Source: Candidatus Marinacidobacterales bacterium
GTDB taxonomy: Bacteria; Acidobacteriota; Vicinamibacteria; Marinacidobacterales; SMYC01
Reading direction: 5' to 3'
NCBI GenBank assembly: GCA_965237955.1
Contig: OZ250169.1
Coordinates: forward strand, 4,064,001 to 4,128,000
DNA length: 64,000 nucleotides
Position 1 is the first letter of the stretch; every line of letters starts with the position of its first letter. The notes beneath the pieces are model-generated. The model worked only from the letters and a program-made list of their open reading frames with translations. It did no database searches and was not told where the DNA came from. The position numbers and the translations under genes were made by a program. Below, piece by piece: positions 44,524 through 54,369 of this stretch.

Positions 44524-45378
44524 ATGCGCATAGACGCCCACCAGCACTTCTGGGTCTACCGCCCGGAGGAGTACGGCTGGATCGACGAGCGCATGGACGT
44601 CATCCGTCGAGATTTCGCTCCGAGTGATTTGAAGCCGCTTCTGGACGCGAACGGCTTCGATGGGTCGGTGGCGGTGCAGGCCCGCCAGCACCTGGCGGAG
44701 ACGGAATACCTGCTTCGGCTCACTGAGGAAGACGAAGACGAAGACGACATCGTCCGCGGCGTCGTAGGCTGGGTCGATCTCCGCGCGGCGGACGCGGAGC
44801 GGCAACTCGATCGCTTCCGCTCGCACCCGCGGTTCGTGGGCGTCCGCCACGTCGTCCAGGACGAGCCCGACGACCGATTTCTGATGCGCAAGGATTTTCT
44901 GCGGGGCGTGGCGCTTCTGGGCGAGCTTACCTACGACATCCTTGTCTATCCGAAACAGCTACCCGCCACGCTCGAGCTCGTCGAGCGTTTCCCGGACCAT
45001 CGCCTCGTCCTCGACCACATTGCGAAGCCGCACGTTGCACGCGGTGAGCTCGAGCCGTGGGCGTCTCAGATTCGAAAGCTCGCTGAAGCTCAGAACGTCT
45101 TTTGCAAAGTCTCGGGGATGGTCACCGAGGCGGATTGGAAGGGATGGAAACGAGACGACTTCACGCCTTACCTCGACGTCGTGTTCGAAGCGTTCGGCCC
45201 GAGTCGCATCATGGTCGGCTCGGACTGGCCCGTGTGCACGTTGGCAGCGAGCTACGACCAGGTGATGGACGTCGTTTCGTCATATATCGAGCCCCTGTCC
45301 GAGGGCGACAAGGCCGCCGTTTTTGGGGGCACTGCCGAGAAGTTCTACAAACTGGAGGCATCTACGCATGCGCACTAA
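44524..45378 (+). CDS. Amidohydrolase, L-fuconolactonase-like
   Basis: IDAHQHFW, VAVQA, GVRH, LDHIAKP, GSDWPV; operon context. Confidence 0.8.
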   Translation: MRIDAHQHFWVYRPEEYGWIDERMDVIRRDFAPSDLKPLLDANGFDGSVAVQARQHLAETEYLLRLTEEDEDEDDIVRGVVGWVDLRAADAERQLDRFRSHPRFVGVRHVVQDEPDDRFLMRKDFLRGVALLGELTYDILVYPKQLPATLELVERFPDHRLVLDHIAKPHVARGELEPWASQIRKLAEAQNVFCKVSGMVTEADWKGWKRDDFTPYLDVVFEAFGPSRIMVGSDWPVCTLAASYDQVMDVVSSYIEPLSEGDKAAVFGGTAEKFYKLEASTHAH

Positions 45379-46360
45379 AGCCGTACTCGCCGTACTCATT
45401 GCACTGTTTCTGGGAGCCTGTGGCGGGGAATCGACGGACACCGCGAACGAAACGATCACTATCGCTGTCATTCCCAAGGGAACAACACACTCGTTCTGGG
45501 TCGCCATCCATGCCGGAGCGATGAAGGCAGCCCAAGAGCTAGGCGTCAAGGTGATTTGGAAGGGGCCGGGGCGCGAGGACGACCGCGAGGCGCAGGTCGC
45601 CGAAGTCGAGACGTTCATCAGCCGCGGCGTCTCGGGTATCGTGCTGGCGCCGACGGACGACAAAGCGCTCCGCATCCCGGTGATGAACGCGGCGCGCAGT
45701 GGCATTCCGGTCGTGATCATCGATTCCGCGCTCGACAGCGAGGACTATGTCAGCTTCGTCGCCACGGACAACTACAAGGGCGGCCGGCTCGCGGGCGAGC
45801 GTATGGTCGAGGTCTTGGGCGGCGCAGGGCGTGTCATCATGCTCCGCTACATGGAGGGCTCGGCGAGCACGATGAAGCGCGAGGACGGCTTCATGGACGT
45901 CATGGCCGACAACCCGACGATGGAAATCGTGAGCTCGAATCAACACGCAGGCGCCACCTCGGAGCTCGCGTACCAGGCGAGCGAGAATCTTTTGGGACGT
46001 TTCAAGGACGCGGAAGGGAATCTCGAGGTCGACGGCATCTACTGTCCGAATGAAAGCACGGCGTTCGGTATGCTGCGAGCGCTTCAGGATTCGGGCCTGG
46101 CGGGCACGGTGACGTTCATTGGCTTCGACGCGTCGGAGCAGATGGTGCGTGGCCTCGAAAACGGCGAGTTCGACTCCCTGGTGCTGCAGGACCCGGTGAA
46201 CATGGCCTACCTCGGGGTCAAGACCATAGTGGCGCACCTCAGGGGCGAGCCGGTCGAAGAGCGTGTCGACACGGGCGTGACGCTCGTGACCGGGGACAAC
46301 ATGAACGAGCCACGGATGCAGGAGCTTCTCAGACCCGATGTGGACAGGTGGCTGCAATAG
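45368..46360 (+). CDS. Sugar ABC transporter substrate-binding lipoprotein
   Basis: LGAC lipobox, IPKGTTHSFW, VATDNYKGG, GFD. Confidence 0.9.
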   Translation: MRTKAVLAVLIALFLGACGGESTDTANETITIAVIPKGTTHSFWVAIHAGAMKAAQELGVKVIWKGPGREDDREAQVAEVETFISRGVSGIVLAPTDDKALRIPVMNAARSGIPVVIIDSALDSEDYVSFVATDNYKGGRLAGERMVEVLGGAGRVIMLRYMEGSASTMKREDGFMDVMADNPTMEIVSSNQHAGATSELAYQASENLLGRFKDAEGNLEVDGIYCPNESTAFGMLRALQDSGLAGTVTFIGFDASEQMVRGLENGEFDSLVLQDPVNMAYLGVKTIVAHLRGEPVEERVDTGVTLVTGDNMNEPRMQELLRPDVDRWLQ

Positions 46361-46406
46361 GTGCTGCCATCAGCCGTCGGCCATCGGCCGGGACTGAGGA
46401 CTAAGC

Positions 46407-47873
46407 TTGTCATCGAGTCGGATTGTCGCGCGCGGGGTTCGTAAAGCCTTCGGTCCCACCGTTGCCGTCGACGGGGTCGACTTTTCGGTTGCGGCCGGTG
46501 AGGTCCGGGCGCTCGTTGGGGAGAACGGGGCGGGGAAGAGTACTCTCGTCAACGTCCTCTCCGGCGTGTTCTTGGCGGACGCCGGGTCCATCTTGCTCGA
46601 TGGGGAGCCTTACGAGCCGTCGAGCCCGAAAGATGCTCGTGATCGTGGGGTCGTCATGGTGCATCAGGAGCTTGCGCTTGCATCGCACCTCACCGTTGCC
46701 GAGAACCTATTTCTCGGGATCGAGCCCGTTCGTTACGGGCTGCTCCGGCGTGCCGAGATGCGCGAGCGCGCGTCGAACGCGCTCCGAGAGATCGAGCACG
46801 ACGACATCTCTCCGGATGCGCGCGTCGATTCGCTTTCGATCGCGGCCCGTCAGATCGTGGAGATCGCGCGGGCGCTGATCCTGGAGGCCAAGGTCCTCAT
46901 CCTCGATGAGCCCACGAGCAGCTTGTCCCGGCCGGACGTGGAGAAGCTTTTTCGCCTCATCGGTCGGCTCAAAGAGCGCGGTCTCGCCATCATTTACATC
47001 TCGCACTTTCTCGAGGAAGTCTGGGAAGTGGCCGAGACCTTCACCGTGCTGCGCGACGGACGCTCGGTGGACGAGGGCGTTATTGCCGACGCCTCGGTCC
47101 CTGGCATCGTCCGCTCGATGGTGGGGCGGGATATCGACGACCTGTTTCCGAGGTCGCAACGGACGAAAGGCGAGCTTCTTCTCCAGATCGACGAGCTCGC
47201 TGGAGCGACGCTTCCGCTGACGGCTAGCTTTAAGCTTCACCGTGGCGAGGTGGTCGGCATCGCCGGGCTCATGGGCGCGGGGCGCACCGAGATGGCGCGC
47301 GTGGTCTTCGGGCTCGACCCGGTTCGACGCGGCGACATCAGAGTTGGTGTGTTCGAAGGTCCGGCCACTCCGCGGGATCGCCTTGCTCAAGGCGTCGGGC
47401 TTTTGAGCGAGGACCGGCAAACCGAAGGTCTGGCCACGTCGAGGACCATCGGTGAGAACGTGACGCTCTCGCGATTGCCGCGGTGGGTCCAGCCGCGACG
47501 CATCGACGCCGCGGCGCGCCGGTGGATCGACGAGCTCAGCATCGCGTGCCGAGGGCCGCGTCAACGAGTGTCGGATCTCTCTGGAGGCAATCAACAGAAG
47601 GTCGCTCTAGCGCGTCTTCTCTACCATGCGCTCGACGTCCTTCTCCTCGACGAGCCGACGCGAGGCGTGGACGTCGGCAGCAAAGCGCAAATCTACCGGC
47701 TCATCGATGAGCTCGCGGCGAGCGGCAAAGCGGTGCTCCTCATCAGCAGCTACTTGCCGGAGCTTCTCGGGATGGCCGATCGCGTGGCGGTCATGAGTCG
47801 AGGGCGTCTCGGTGCGGCGCATCCCGTGGCCGAGCTCGACGAAGAGTCCATCATGCAGGAGGCGGTGTCGTGA
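46407..47873 (+). CDS. Sugar ABC transporter ATP-binding protein
   Basis: GENGAGKST, LDEPT, LSGGNQQK. Confidence 0.93.
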   Translation: MSSSRIVARGVRKAFGPTVAVDGVDFSVAAGEVRALVGENGAGKSTLVNVLSGVFLADAGSILLDGEPYEPSSPKDARDRGVVMVHQELALASHLTVAENLFLGIEPVRYGLLRRAEMRERASNALREIEHDDISPDARVDSLSIAARQIVEIARALILEAKVLILDEPTSSLSRPDVEKLFRLIGRLKERGLAIIYISHFLEEVWEVAETFTVLRDGRSVDEGVIADASVPGIVRSMVGRDIDDLFPRSQRTKGELLLQIDELAGATLPLTASFKLHRGEVVGIAGLMGAGRTEMARVVFGLDPVRRGDIRVGVFEGPATPRDRLAQGVGLLSEDRQTEGLATSRTIGENVTLSRLPRWVQPRRIDAAARRWIDELSIACRGPRQRVSDLSGGNQQKVALARLLYHALDVLLLDEPTRGVDVGSKAQIYRLIDELAASGKAVLLISSYLPELLGMADRVAVMSRGRLGAAHPVAELDEESIMQEAVS

Positions 47874-48853
47874 CCGAAACATCAAAATCGGCGCGCGAGA
47901 GGACGGCGTGGCTCTCCGCTCTCGGACCCCTCATGGGTCTCGCGCTCGTCTATCTCTTCTTTGCGCTCGCCGGCCCCGACAGTTTCACGTCGGTCCGGAC
48001 GCTCGAGACGATCGCGCGGCAAACGGCGATCGTCGGCACGGCCGCCCTCGGCATGACCCTGGTCATCATCCTCGGCGGCATCGACCTGTCCGTCGGCTCC
48101 ATCGTTGCCATGACGTCGGTCATCGTTGCCTTGGTGCTCGCTGGGGGGAGTGGACCGCTCGTCGCTATCCTGGCCGCGACGGCTGCCGGAGCGCTCACCG
48201 GTTTTGCGAGCGGGAACCTGATCACGCGTTTGAAGGTCGCTCCGTTCATCGTCACCCTCGGCATGCTGCTGATCGTCCGAGGCGCCGCCAAAGGGCTTGG
48301 CAAAGAACAGAAGGTGGACGCGCCGATGACGTGGCTCGTGGAGCTACTATCGTCTCTGCCGGCGGATCGACAGTGGATGATCGTGCCGCCGGGCGTGTGG
48401 CTTCTGGCAGGGCTCGCGGTCCTCACGGCGGTCGTCTTGAAGTACACCAGGCTCGGTGCGCACATCTTCGCGATAGGCTCGAACGAGAACACGGCGCGCC
48501 TTTGCGGTGTTCCGGTCGAGCGCGTCAAGATCGCGGTCTACATGCTCTCGGGCGCGCTCGCCGGTTTGACCGGCGTGTTGCAGTTCTCGCGATTGACGGT
48601 GGGTGATCCCACGGTTGCCGTCGGTCTCGAGCTCGACGTGATCGCGGCGGTCGTCATCGGTGGCGGTAGTCTTTCCGGCGGAGAAGGTACCGTTCTCGGG
48701 ACACTTGTTGGTGCCTTCATCATGACCGTCATCCGCGCCGGGACGTCGCAAATGGGTCTCCCAAATTGGGTGCAGGAGATCGTGACCGGTACGATCATCG
48801 TTGTCGCCGTCGCCATCGACCGTTGGCGCCACCGACGGCTGGAGAAGACTTGA
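47870..48853 (+). CDS. Sugar ABC transporter permease (RbsC-like)
   Basis: GGIDLSVGS, ELDVIAAVVIGGGSLSGG. Confidence 0.93.
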   Translation: MTETSKSARERTAWLSALGPLMGLALVYLFFALAGPDSFTSVRTLETIARQTAIVGTAALGMTLVIILGGIDLSVGSIVAMTSVIVALVLAGGSGPLVAILAATAAGALTGFASGNLITRLKVAPFIVTLGMLLIVRGAAKGLGKEQKVDAPMTWLVELLSSLPADRQWMIVPPGVWLLAGLAVLTAVVLKYTRLGAHIFAIGSNENTARLCGVPVERVKIAVYMLSGALAGLTGVLQFSRLTVGDPTVAVGLELDVIAAVVIGGGSLSGGEGTVLGTLVGAFIMTVIRAGTSQMGLPNWVQEIVTGTIIVVAVAIDRWRHRRLEKT

Positions 48854-50145
48854 TGCAGATCACCGGTTTCGAAACTCAGGACATTCGCTTCCCGACGTCC
48901 CGTGAATCCGACGGCTCGGACGCGATGAATCCGGACCCGGACTACTCGGCGGCCTACATCATTCTCCATACCGACGACGGGCACGAAGGGCACGGCCTCA
49001 CGTTCACCATCGGCCGCGGGAACGATCTGTGTGTCGCCGCTATCGAGCAACTCGCCGAACGTGTTTCCGGCCGTAGTCTCTCCTCCATCACGTCGGACTG
49101 GGGTGCCTTCTGGCGCGAGCTCACCGGCGACAGCCAATTGAGATGGCTCGGGCCCGAGAAAGGTGTCGTCCACCTCGCCACCGCGGCGGTCGTAAACGCT
49201 TTGTGGGACCTCTACGCGAAGGCCGAAGGGAAGCCGCTATGGCGGCTTCTGTGCGACATGAGCCCGGAGGAGATCGTGCGCTCCATCGATTTTCGTTACA
49301 TCACGGACCTCGTCACGCCCGACGAAGCGCTCTCGATGCTGCAAGAGCTGGAGCCAACCAAAAACACTCGCATACAGGATGTCCTCGAGCGGGGCTATCC
49401 CGCGTACAACACGTCGGTCGGGTGGATCGGCTATAGCGACGAGAAAATACGCGGACTGTGCCGCGATGCGCTCACGCAGGGATTCACGGCGTTCAAAATG
49501 AAGGTTGGCCGCAACGTCGATGACGACGTCCGCCGCGCGGCTCTCATGCGTGAAGAAATCGGCCCGGATAACGCGTTGATGATGGATGCGAACCAGATAT
49601 GGGATGTGGACGAAGCCATCCACTGGATGGAACGTCTCTCCGAGTTTCGACCGCTATGGATCGAGGAGCCGACGAGCCCGGACGACATTCTCGGCCACGC
49701 TGCCATCGCAAGGGCGGTCGCACCCATCGGGGTCGCGACCGGAGAGCACGGTCACAACCGCGTGATGTTCAAACAGCTCCTTCAAGCAAAAGCGATCGCG
49801 TTCTGCCAGATCGATAGCTGCCGTCTCGGAGGGGTGAACGAGGTGCTCGCGGTGTTGTTGATGGCGGCCAAGAGCGGTGTTCCCGTCTGTCCCCACGCAG
49901 GTGGTGTCGGACTGTGCGAGTACGTACAGCACCTGTCGCTCTTCGATTACGTTTGTGTCAGCGGATCGATGGACGGACGCATGATCGAATACGTCAACCA
50001 CCTGCACGAGCACTTCGAAGACCCCGTGGTCGTCACCGAAGGCAGGTATCGCGCACCCGAACGTCCGGGTTATGGCATCACCATGAAGAAGGCGTCGCGA
50101 GATGCGTTCTCATTTCCGAATGGTGATGCGTGGCAGCACCACTAG
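48853..50145 (+). CDS. L-fuconate dehydratase (enolase superfamily)
   Basis: DIRFPTS..GSDAMNPDPDYS, WLGPEKG, KMKVG, DANQ, WIEEP, ATGEH, CPHAGGVGLCE. Confidence 0.88.
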   Translation: MQITGFETQDIRFPTSRESDGSDAMNPDPDYSAAYIILHTDDGHEGHGLTFTIGRGNDLCVAAIEQLAERVSGRSLSSITSDWGAFWRELTGDSQLRWLGPEKGVVHLATAAVVNALWDLYAKAEGKPLWRLLCDMSPEEIVRSIDFRYITDLVTPDEALSMLQELEPTKNTRIQDVLERGYPAYNTSVGWIGYSDEKIRGLCRDALTQGFTAFKMKVGRNVDDDVRRAALMREEIGPDNALMMDANQIWDVDEAIHWMERLSEFRPLWIEEPTSPDDILGHAAIARAVAPIGVATGEHGHNRVMFKQLLQAKAIAFCQIDSCRLGGVNEVLAVLLMAAKSGVPVCPHAGGVGLCEYVQHLSLFDYVCVSGSMDGRMIEYVNHLHEHFEDPVVVTEGRYRAPERPGYGITMKKASRDAFSFPNGDAWQHH

Positions 50146-50160
50146 ATCACCAAAAAACGC

Positions 50161-50231
50161 TTGACAGGTGTGGCAGACGTCTTTACCCTACATCTAGTGT
50201 TAAACACTATTCCTCAACCCACATTTTGTTT
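50161..50231 (+). promoter_or_regulatory. Sigma70 promoter overlapped by tandem NrdR-like boxes
   Basis: TTGACA-17 bp-TACCCT; boxes ACCCTACATCTAGTGT (50185) and AACCCACATTTTGTTT (50216), 31 bp apart. Confidence 0.65.
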
Positions 50232-50291
50232 TCGCACGTCTTCATCGGGGCGGTTTACCGCTCTAGTCCGTGAAGAGAGGAGGTGATTCGA

Positions 50292-50366
50292 GTGGCGAAG
50301 AGGAAAAAGAAGGCTGCCAAGAAGGCTGCAAAGAAAACGAAGAAGAAGGCTGCAAAGAAGAAGTAG
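50292..50366 (+). CDS. 24-aa Lys/Ala-rich histone-H1-like microprotein
   Basis: SD GAGGAGGTGA; GTG start; MAKRKKKAAKKAAKKTKKKAAKKK; below the ORF-track cutoff. Confidence 0.8.
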   Translation: MAKRKKKAAKKAAKKTKKKAAKKK

Positions 50367-50382
50367 CGACTTCCTCAGGGGT

Positions 50383-50416
50383 AGAGGGGGGGTGAGGATT
50401 CCCCCCCTCTTTTTTT
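50383..50416 (+). terminator. Intrinsic terminator
   Basis: AGAGGGGGGG-TGAGGATT-CCCCCCCTCT-TTTTTT. Confidence 0.9.
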
Positions 50417-50772
50417 GTCTAGTCACTTCTTCTCGCCGATGACGCCCATTGCCACGGGTGCGATGGCACACCGGCCGGGAGGCATGCGACGAGAAAAGCC
50501 CCCACGCGGCGTGACCCAGCTTGGCAACGTCAGTGCCGCTCGCTTCGGCCGTGTTTCGCGCGAGCGTCTCGATTCTGCCGCGGAGCTTTTCCACCGTCTC
50601 GCGGTCCCGGGCATGGATGAAGTAACCACTGGGTGGCTCGCTCGGGAACGATGGATGGGATGGTGCCACCTTCGACGAGGATGTGATTCATGACGACCAG
50701 AGCCAGCACGACGGCGCCTATATAATAATGTAGTAGAAGTACCCGATTGTCTCATCGACATACCTTCTTTTC

Positions 50773-51681
50773 TCAAAGCTGTGCCCACAGGTCTTCTTCG
50801 GGCGGAAGCGGCGCGCGTCCGGTCATTCCCTCGCATTTGCGTGCAGCGGTGAGGTTTGCGAACCGCGCCGCGTCGCCCACCGACTTCGTTTTCAAAAACG
50901 CATGGGTGAAAGCCCCGTGAAACACGTCGCCGGCACCGGTCGTATCCATTGCCTCGACCGCGACTCCCGGGAGTTGGAAAAAAGGCTCGTCCCGGCTCAT
51001 GAGAGCGCAGCCGTCGGCGCCCAAGGTCACGCCGGCAATGGCCGGACCGTTGGCCGGGAGTTTGTCGACGATTTGGCGGACAAAATCTTCCACGTTATAG
51101 CTCGGGCCCAGAAGCGCCGATGGATACGTATGGGAGAAGATGGCGACGTCGCTGAGTGTGATGAGATCATCGACGCCATCGCGCGGGTGGCCGCAGTCGA
51201 GGACGACGAGGCCTCCTGCTTCGCGCACGCGCTCAGCCGCTTGGAGCTGCACGTCGATCTTTCTGGCGTCGAGCAGGAGCGCGCGGCAATCGTCGAAAGG
51301 CAGAGTGCGGACGTCGTCCCACGTCAGCGGAAAACCGACACCTCGCGGTGCTTCCAGGATCGTGCGGCGGCCGTTCTCGACGACGATGACGCTTGTCTGC
51401 GATTCGAACCCATCGCGGACCGCGATCGCGTCGGTGTTGATGTTCTCGCGCTCCAAGCCGTCCACGAGGAAACGGCCTCCGATGTCGTTGCCTATTAGCC
51501 CCGAGATCGCGGTCTTGCGACCGAAACGCGCCATGGTGACGAGTGCCGTCGGCACCGGACCTCCGCCGGACTCGTGCATCTCGCGGGCGGGGAGTTTTTC
51601 GTCGGAGTCGGGATAGCGATCCATGAGAACGGTGAAATCGCGGACCACGAGTCCCACACCGATGGCGTCCCATTGGGTCAT
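50773..51681 (-). CDS. PfkB-family carbohydrate kinase
   Basis: GGGP, DTTGAGDVFHG. Confidence 0.92.
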   Translation of the reverse strand: MTQWDAIGVGLVVRDFTVLMDRYPDSDEKLPAREMHESGGGPVPTALVTMARFGRKTAISGLIGNDIGGRFLVDGLERENINTDAIAVRDGFESQTSVIVVENGRRTILEAPRGVGFPLTWDDVRTLPFDDCRALLLDARKIDVQLQAAERVREAGGLVVLDCGHPRDGVDDLITLSDVAIFSHTYPSALLGPSYNVEDFVRQIVDKLPANGPAIAGVTLGADGCALMSRDEPFFQLPGVAVEAMDTTGAGDVFHGAFTHAFLKTKSVGDAARFANLTAARKCEGMTGRAPLPPEEDLWAQL

Positions 51682-51698
51682 TGAGGTAGTTTAATGCA

Positions 51699-52742
51699 GT
51701 GAAGCACAAGGGACGTGGAGCGACGAGCAATGCCTCGGGCCGGTTCGAGCGGCTTCGGTACGTGCCGCTGGTCGAGCGCGACAAGATCGAGACCGTCGTG
51801 TCTCCCGACCACACGCGGTCGATCATCGCGAAAAACGATTCCCCGGAGGTGCCGTTCTCGCTTTCGATCAACCCTTACCGCGGCTGTGAGCACGGGTGCA
51901 TCTATTGCTTCGCACGGCCGAGCCACGCCTTCCTCGGCCTATCGCCCGGTCTCGACTTCGAGACCAGGATCTTCTCGAAGCCGAAGGCGGCCGAGCTTCT
52001 GAAGAAGGAATTGGCCAAGCCCGACTACCGCGCCGAGACGCTCGCTGTCGGTGCCAACACCGACCCCTATCAACCCGCGGAAAGGGAACACCGCATTACC
52101 CGGGGCGTGCTCGAAGTGCTCGCGGAGCACGATCACCCCGTCGCGATCGTGACCAAGTCGAGCCTCGTCCTGCGAGACCTCGACCTCCTGTCGCCGATGG
52201 CGGCGAAGGGACTCGCCCACGTGCTGGTCTCGATCACGACGCTCGATGCCGAGCTCGCCCGGAACATGGAACCGCGTGCGTCGACGCCGGAAAAACGCGT
52301 CGCGACGCTCCGAGAGCTCCGGGATGCGGGCGTACCGTGCGGCGTGCTTGCATCTCCCATGATCCCGGCCCTGAACGATTCGGAGCTCGAGCGTATCTTG
52401 GAAGTGTGCGCGGCCGCCGGCGCCAGCTCGGCAGGTTACATCCTGTTACGCCTACCGCTAGAGCTCAAAGACCTCTTCACCGACTGGCTCGAGACGTACT
52501 ACCCGGACAAGGTAGACCACGTTCTGAACCTGCTGAGAGAAACGCGCGGAGGCGCCCTCTACCGCTCCGAGTTCGGCGAGCGCATGCGCGGAACAGGCCC
52601 ATACGCCGACCTACTAGAAAACCGCTTCCGCATCGCCACAAAAAAATACGGCCTAGACAAGCCCCTAGAACCCCTCGACACAACGAAGTTCACCCCCCCC
52701 GTACTGTCCGGCAAGCAGTTCGAGCTGTTCACCAGCGACTAG
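51699..52742 (+). CDS. PA0069/Rv2578c-family (SplB-like) radical SAM protein
   Basis: SINPYRGCEHGCIYCFARPSH, NTDPYQ, LRLP. Confidence 0.92.
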   Translation: MKHKGRGATSNASGRFERLRYVPLVERDKIETVVSPDHTRSIIAKNDSPEVPFSLSINPYRGCEHGCIYCFARPSHAFLGLSPGLDFETRIFSKPKAAELLKKELAKPDYRAETLAVGANTDPYQPAEREHRITRGVLEVLAEHDHPVAIVTKSSLVLRDLDLLSPMAAKGLAHVLVSITTLDAELARNMEPRASTPEKRVATLRELRDAGVPCGVLASPMIPALNDSELERILEVCAAAGASSAGYILLRLPLELKDLFTDWLETYYPDKVDHVLNLLRETRGGALYRSEFGERMRGTGPYADLLENRFRIATKKYGLDKPLEPLDTTKFTPPVLSGKQFELFTSD

Positions 52743-52755
52743 CGTCTCCCCCTAA

Positions 52756-53111
52756 CTACCCGAGGCTCTGTTGCACCAGTTCTTCGGTGAGCGTCAATAC
52801 GTACCGCCCATCGTCGAGCTTCTCGAGATGCCCCTCCTGGAATGGATCGAACTCGAACGACTTGATGACGCGGTTGTAGACGTCCTTGAGCGCACGGGCG
52901 CCGACGCGCGGTTGGAGAGCCGCCTTTTGCGCGATGAGATTCTTCGCGCCATCGGTAATCCGGATCTCGATCTTGAAGCGCTCGAAAAAGCGCTTCGAGG
53001 CTTCGAAGATCGAGTCTTTCGTCCCCACGAAGATCGTCTCCAGGATTTCCGGGGTGAGCTCGCCGAGCACGAGGGTCGTATCGAACCGCGACAAGAACTG
53101 CGGCATCATCC
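52756..53111 (-). pseudogene. ClpX-like AAA+ ATPase C-terminal fragment, cut by IS5
   Basis: GMMPQFLSRF..VGARALK; begins at the IS end. Confidence 0.75.
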
Positions 53112-54198
53112 TGCCTTGGTGCACAACTCCGATAGAGGCCGAGAGCTCGCTTGGCCCCGACTCCCATCATCCGATCATCTCGCTATCAGGCATCCCGAGC
53201 GCCGTCATCGTGTTGAGAATCTTGCACCCGATCCTTGCCTCGACTCTCTGTGCCGCCAACCCTCTCGCTCGCATCGCTGAGCCCACGATAGCCTTGTAGC
53301 GATGGAACGTTGTCTCGACTTTGCTCCGTTTGCTGTAGCCCGATTCTGTGTGCCACTTTCGTTTGCCGAGCCGAGCTTGTGCTGCAATGTTGCGATTGCG
53401 CTGTCGGCTGCTCGCCGGCCCCGATGCGAGCTGGGCGCCCTTGCGCGGCGGTATCAGCACCCTCGGCGAGCAATGAGCGCTGTGATTCTCGATCGCCTCA
53501 TAGACGCCGCCGGCGTCGTATGCGGTGTCAGCTCTGGCCGATGAGATGGGACTGTCGATCTGTCCGACAAGCGATGCAACCCGCGATGAATCGCGGGCTC
53601 TTTTGCTCGTCAGCTCGCCGGCGACGACTTCGCCAGTCTGCTCGTCGACACACAGATGGAGCTTGCGATAGTCCCTGCTCTTTGGTGCTCTGCGCAGCTG
53701 GCCGGCGTGGACAGCGAGACCGCTGCTGTCGATCAAGATGTGCAACGGCGTCTTCTGCTTGTCTTGGTAGAAGGGGACCTTACCCAGCTTCGCCTTGCGC
53801 CTCGAGATCGTGGTGTGATCGGGCACATCATTGTCTAGCTTCATCAGAGCGAACAACGATCGCAGCAATCCCTCGCTCTGCCTAGATGACAGATGAAACA
53901 CCATGCCCAGGGTGACAGCCGTCTCGATGGCGTGGTTCGAGTACTTGCGTTGACGGCCCGGTTTCCTCCTCCTCGGCCGGGGCGCGTCCCAGTTCACAAG
54001 CTTGCCGGCGGTGAGCGAGATCCAGACGGTCAGGCTCCCACGGTTGCGTAGACCCGCCTCATATTCACGCCAATTCCTCACGCGATAGGCCTTCTTCACA
54101 TACTTCCGCTGAGTGCGTTTGAAAATGCTCATGGGGAACCTCGAATCCGTGAGTAAAGGACAATTGTGGACCGAGATCGCGAGTTGTGCACCAAGGCA
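53112..54198 (-). mobile_element. IS5-family element, copy B (transposase 54132-53167)
   Basis: Same 18-bp IR and 1087-bp length as copy A; protein differs at S/T in EQxGE; no TSD. Confidence 0.95.
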
Positions 54199-54273
54199 GC
54201 CCATCGCGACCTATTCTGCGTTCTGGTTCGCCTGGGCCGCCTTCAACCGAGACACGGAGATTTATTCCCCGTC
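54196..54273 (+). repeat. 3' end of a DUF3179-like gene; exact 78-bp inverted copy of 63303-63380
   Basis: Base-by-base identity; encodes QPIATYSAFWFAWAAFNRDTEIYSP. Confidence 0.92.
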
Positions 54274-54369
54274 GACCGCCGCTTCCCCATAACCGGCGAC
54301 GCCGCTTCGCCTCGCCACTTGCAACCCAATCGCTCTCGGCACTCGGCGGGCGTTGCGGCCGTCGCTTTC

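Noticed and set aside
28506-54198. Composite transposon or simple inversion bounded by the two IS5 copies
   Set aside because: No shared target duplication at the outer ends or in swapped combinations; the cargo looks chromosomal.
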